DNA of 64,000 nt, from assembly GCA_965242725.1 (NCBI GenBank), contig CBDESZ010000004.1:128001-192000 (forward strand), written 5' to 3'. The notes under the pieces were generated by a model. The model made no database searches and had not been told where the DNA came from. It was given only the letters and a program-made list of their open reading frames with translations. The position numbers and the translations under genes are program-made. Source of the stretch: Alkalispirochaeta sp. Lineage in GTDB: Bacteria > Spirochaetota > Spirochaetia > DSM-27196 > Alkalispirochaetaceae. Shown piece after piece: positions 60,416 to 64,000 of this stretch. Each line of letters begins with the position of its first letter. Within the stretch, counting starts at the first letter, position 1.

Positions 60416-61252
60416 CTATTTCAGTCCCGTCGTGGCGATACCCTGGACGATGTAACGCTGAAAGGTAAAAAAGACGACAAGTATCGGTACAAGCGACAGG
60501 GTTCCCATCGCAAATATCGCCGGCCAGTCCGTCGCCGTCTGGGGATCGGAAAACATGCGTAACGCAAGGGAGACCGTGAAGAGTTCCGGCCGGTTGAGGT
60601 AGAGAAGCGGCCCCAGGAAGTCGTCCCACCGCCAGTAAAAGCTGAATATGGTACTGGTAATCAAGGCGGGTTTAATGAGGGGCATGATTATGTATCCGTA
60701 GATCCGGAACTTGCCGCATCCGTCGATCTTGGCGGAGTTGTCCAGTTCTACGGGGATCTGTCGAATGAACTGCACCATGAGAAAGATGAAGAATGGAAAC
60801 CCGCCGAACATTGGTACAATCAGCGGAAGAAATGTGTTTATCCATCCCAGTTTATGGAAGATTATGTACTGGGGAACCATAAGTACCTGAAAGGGAATGA
60901 GCATCGTTGCGATCATGCAACCGTACCAGAAGCTCCGTCCCGGAAACTTGACGCGGGCAAATCCAAATCCGATGAACGACGACGAGAGTACGGCGGCGGC
61001 CGTGCCGATTCCGGCGTAATACAGGGAGTTTCCAAAGAAGGTGGTAAAGGTGACCCGTCCTGTGTAGCGCCATCCCCGTATGTAGTTGTCAAGGTTGAAC
61101 ACCTCCGGAAGCAGGGATGCGGAACCGAAAATCTCGGAGCTCGTCTTGAAAGACCCTGCGACCATCCAGAAAACGGGATAAAGCAATACAAATCCAAAGG
61201 CTGCGACAAAAAGATGATAGATGATCTTCATATGAATGGGGGAACGACGCAT
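60416..61252 (-). CDS. Carbohydrate ABC permease (MalG-like)
   Basis: ELDNSAKIDG, WDDFLGPLLYL, QGIATTGLK. Confidence 0.94.
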   Translation of the reverse strand: MRRSPIHMKIIYHLFVAAFGFVLLYPVFWMVAGSFKTSSEIFGSASLLPEVFNLDNYIRGWRYTGRVTFTTFFGNSLYYAGIGTAAAVLSSSFIGFGFARVKFPGRSFWYGCMIATMLIPFQVLMVPQYIIFHKLGWINTFLPLIVPMFGGFPFFIFLMVQFIRQIPVELDNSAKIDGCGKFRIYGYIIMPLIKPALITSTIFSFYWRWDDFLGPLLYLNRPELFTVSLALRMFSDPQTATDWPAIFAMGTLSLVPILVVFFTFQRYIVQGIATTGLK

Positions 61253-61253
61253 T

Positions 61254-62177
61254 CTACTCGCCCTCCTTGGATTCGTAATAGACCCAGAAATTGGCCGACC
61301 GGAAGATCAGTGCGGTGAACACTCCGATGATCACAACGAGGACCCACGCCAGGGCGCTGGCGTATCCCATTTCCGAGTAACGGAAGGCCCGGCGGTACAT
61401 GTACAACGCATAGACGAGGGTGCTGTTCAGGGGATCTCCCGTTCCACCGGAGACGACAAATGCCTGGGTGAAGACGGTAAAACCGTGCACCATTTGCATC
61501 ACCAGATTGAAGAATATGATAGGCGTCATGTAGGGGACGGTGATACGAAAAAATTTTGCTATTGCGCCGGCACCGTCGATATCGGCGGCGTCGTAGTAGG
61601 TGTCGGGGATCTGTTTGAGTCCCGCCAGAAAAATGAGCATCGATGACCCAAACTGCCATACCGCAAGGATGATCAGCGTTCCCAGTGCCGTCTGCGGGTC
61701 GCCGATCCAGGAGCGGGTGGAAGGTATCCCTATGGCGGTAAGCATTGCGTTTATCGCGCCGTCTGCCATGAAGAGGCGTCGCCACATGACCGCCACGGCG
61801 ATGCTTCCTCCGACGATGGAAGGGATGTAGTAGACGGCCTGATATATGCGGACGCCCCTGGCCCCGCGGTTAAAGAGCATCGCCACGAAAAAGGCGAAGA
61901 GGAGGCGCAGGGGAACCGAAACGAACGCATAGGCAAAGGTGACCTTCAGGGACTGCCAGAAAAGATCGTCCCGGACCATCCGTCGGTAATTTTCAACGCC
62001 GTGAAAGACCGGTTCCGAAAGAATGTGATAGGAACTGAAGGAGTAATAGAGCGAACTGAGAATGGGAATGATAAGGAATGCGAGAAATCCGAGAAGCCAG
62101 GGAGTTATGAATACATACCCCGTAAATCCATCACGGGAAAGCAGGGGTGTCTTTGGCGGCAGTGCTGAATGTGTCAT
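61254..62177 (-). CDS. Carbohydrate ABC permease (MalF-like)
   Basis: WQFGSSMLIFLAGL, YDAADIDGA, MGYASALAW. Confidence 0.94.
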   Translation of the reverse strand: MTHSALPPKTPLLSRDGFTGYVFITPWLLGFLAFLIIPILSSLYYSFSSYHILSEPVFHGVENYRRMVRDDLFWQSLKVTFAYAFVSVPLRLLFAFFVAMLFNRGARGVRIYQAVYYIPSIVGGSIAVAVMWRRLFMADGAINAMLTAIGIPSTRSWIGDPQTALGTLIILAVWQFGSSMLIFLAGLKQIPDTYYDAADIDGAGAIAKFFRITVPYMTPIIFFNLVMQMVHGFTVFTQAFVVSGGTGDPLNSTLVYALYMYRRAFRYSEMGYASALAWVLVVIIGVFTALIFRSANFWVYYESKEGE

Positions 62178-62194
62178 GTACCTCTCTCAAACTG

Positions 62195-62237
62195 CGGGTG
62201 GATACTCCTTCGATACTTCTCCGGAGATATCCACCCG
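62195..62237. other. Intercistronic hairpin after the SBP gene
   Basis: cgggtggata-ctcc...ggag-a-tatccacccg. Confidence 0.6.
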
Positions 62238-62267
62238 GGCATACGAATAGATCCGGTTTCTCCGTTC

Positions 62268-63572
62268 CTACCGGGAGAGAATCCGGTTTCCGTCGGTCAA
62301 AATGCGATTGACTCCTTCATCGACGGAAATACGTTCCATGAGGATTTCCTGCGTCGTCGTATTGATCAAATCGACCACCTCGGCGGCGTTGTCAGGATCG
62401 GGCAGGGGAATGGGGCTCGAGTTGTCGCCGGCGAGGGCGATAAAATCGAAAATTCTCCTGTTGACGGCGTCCACCTCCTCCGCCAGAGCTGCCCGGACAT
62501 CCGATGGGATGGGTACGCCCCGTTCCGCCGTAAGAATGTCCCGGTTCACTTCAATATCGTTGACAAAGAAGTCGAGAAACCGCGCTGCTTCATCAGGGTT
62601 TTCCGCATGGGCCGTCATGGCAAAAAACATCGACGGTTTGAGGTACGTACCAGGTCGCCGTCCGGCGGATACGTGGGGAAGCAGTGCCATGGTAAGTTCT
62701 ATATCACTCGCCGCCTGAAAGGAGACAAGCTGGTTGCTCCAGATCCAGTCGATCCAGGCGTTGCCCTTTGCAAGTTCATCCTCCTCGGGGGTGACGTTCA
62801 GGAAGGCGACTTCCGGGGCGATGAGCGCCCCCGCTTCCTTTATCCGCAGCTGCACTTCAAAGAACTCCCGCAACGTCGGGGTGTCGGTAAACCCGAGAGA
62901 TGTTCCATCTTCGGAAAAGATCGTCTGCCCGATCTGGATGAGGGCGTTTTCCAGTCCGTGACGGGGATCACCGGAAACGATGGGCATCATCTGCAGGCCC
63001 GTTTCTTCATAAACCGCAATGGCGATGCGTTCAAGATCGGAAAGGGACCATTCGGTGGAGTCCAGTTCGTCGATGCCGGCCCGGCGCAGCGCGTCCGCTC
63101 TGTATACGGCGGTCAGCGCATTGGTACCGAGACTGATGCCATAGATGCCGTCGTTGAAACGACCTCCCGACAGAAAGGAGTCCGAAATATCTTCTGTCTG
63201 TATGACGCCCGACTCTATGTAGGGTGTCAGGTCGGTGAGGAGTCCCCGCTGTACCCACTCATAGATCATCGAGTAGTCATGCTGCATCAGGTCGGGGAGG
63301 CTGCCGGCGGCGGCCTGGGTATTGATGCGGTCCCAGTAACCTCCCCAGCCGACCGTCTCCAGTTCTATCGCCACGTCGGGGTGGCGCTGCATATAAAGGT
63401 CGACCGCTCCTTCCGTCTTGGCGTCACGGGTGGGATTTCCCCACCATGCAAGACGCATGTAGGATGTATCGGAATCGACCTCGCCCTGTCCGCTTGCCGC
63501 AACGGGCAATGCTGCAACGAGCGTCATCATCACGATTATAGTCGCGTACCGCAAAACTCGTCCGTTTCTCAT
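62268..63572 (-). CDS. Carbohydrate ABC solute-binding protein
   Basis: Signal peptide then SGQGE, LAWWGNPTR, LPDLMQ, KPSMFF, ERGVP; AAGGAGG before ATG 63572. Confidence 0.93.
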   Translation of the reverse strand: MRNGRVLRYATIIVMMTLVAALPVAASGQGEVDSDTSYMRLAWWGNPTRDAKTEGAVDLYMQRHPDVAIELETVGWGGYWDRINTQAAAGSLPDLMQHDYSMIYEWVQRGLLTDLTPYIESGVIQTEDISDSFLSGGRFNDGIYGISLGTNALTAVYRADALRRAGIDELDSTEWSLSDLERIAIAVYEETGLQMMPIVSGDPRHGLENALIQIGQTIFSEDGTSLGFTDTPTLREFFEVQLRIKEAGALIAPEVAFLNVTPEEDELAKGNAWIDWIWSNQLVSFQAASDIELTMALLPHVSAGRRPGTYLKPSMFFAMTAHAENPDEAARFLDFFVNDIEVNRDILTAERGVPIPSDVRAALAEEVDAVNRRIFDFIALAGDNSSPIPLPDPDNAAEVVDLINTTTQEILMERISVDEGVNRILTDGNRILSR

Positions 63573-63668
63573 TTGAAACCTCCTTGCATCGTTATATGCC
63601 ACAGACGTGCATCTGTGACTCCGCCGGGACTGTAATAACTCCGTGTGTCGCCACCCCTCCTTTCACCG

Positions 63669-64000
63669 TCACGGGTTCTTGCCGCCGCAGGATTCCCGTA
63701 TCACCAACTGGTGTCCCATGACGATCTGTACGGCCTGTTCACCGCTGTTCTCTATGAGTCGTTTCAAGACGTCAAATGAGGCCGCTCCGGCGGCCCGAAA
63801 GGGAAAGCGAATGGTAGTCAATGCGGGATTCATCAGTTCCGCCTGGCCGGCATCGTCCATTCCGACGATCGAAATATCGTCGGGCACGTTCAACCCGTGG
63901 CGGCGGACGACGCGGATGAAACGCAGTGCGTGTTCGTCACATGCGGCAAACCACGCGGGAGGAAGATCCCCGGTCTGCAGAAGACGCTCAACCGCCTCCT
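63669..64000 (-). CDS. LacI family regulator, C-terminal part (5' end off the window)
   Basis: VPDDISIVGMDD, PALTTI, LVIRESC. Confidence 0.9.
   Translation of the reverse strand, partial: EAVERLLQTGDLPPAWFAACDEHALRFIRVVRRHGLNVPDDISIVGMDDAGQAELMNPALTTIRFPFRAAGAASFDVLKRLIENSGEQAVQIVMGHQLVIRESCGGKNP

Noticed and set aside
62169..63635. 488-aa plus-strand ORF
   Set aside because: Antisense shadow of the solute-binding protein gene.
1..64000. tRNA, rRNA, IS, integrase, prophage or defence-system genes
   Set aside because: None recognised in the ORFs or intergenic gaps by eye. A covariance-model scan would be needed to exclude small RNAs.

Overview
Gene-dense, GC-rich bacterial chromosome segment, most likely from a free-living spirochaete (inference from the 'S-G-Q-x-E' type solute-binding-protein N-termini, the chemoreceptors and the A/V-ATPase). 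Left to right: an A/V-type ATPase operon (G/H-C-I-K-F-E-A-B, with B running off the edge); a frameshifted MATE gene; codBA; a DtxR regulator; a diguanylate cyclase and a chemoreceptor; an iorA-iorB-ADP-forming acyl-CoA ligase-aminotransferase operon behind a frameshifted Lrp gene; a K+-dependent membrane pyrophosphatase with an unknown partner gene; a hydrolase/barrel/membrane-LuxR cassette; a WYL-GyrI pair; a tandem-CZB chemoreceptor; a decayed sugar-catabolism locus with a DeoK-like kinase; a heterodimeric ABC exporter; two ABC-F genes; ugpBAE; MOSC plus flavin reductase; and a sugar ABC/LacI locus. I saw no rRNA, tRNA, CRISPR, transposase or phage genes. The strongest unannotated signal is non-coding. 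The ABC exporter and both ABC-F genes each have a 5' leader with a short upstream ORF and mutually exclusive hairpins/terminators, which look like ribosome-sensing attenuators. The exporter leader appears to be a coupled double-terminator switch. Several genes also look leaderless. All calls come from motif recognition by eye; no searches or folding programs were run.
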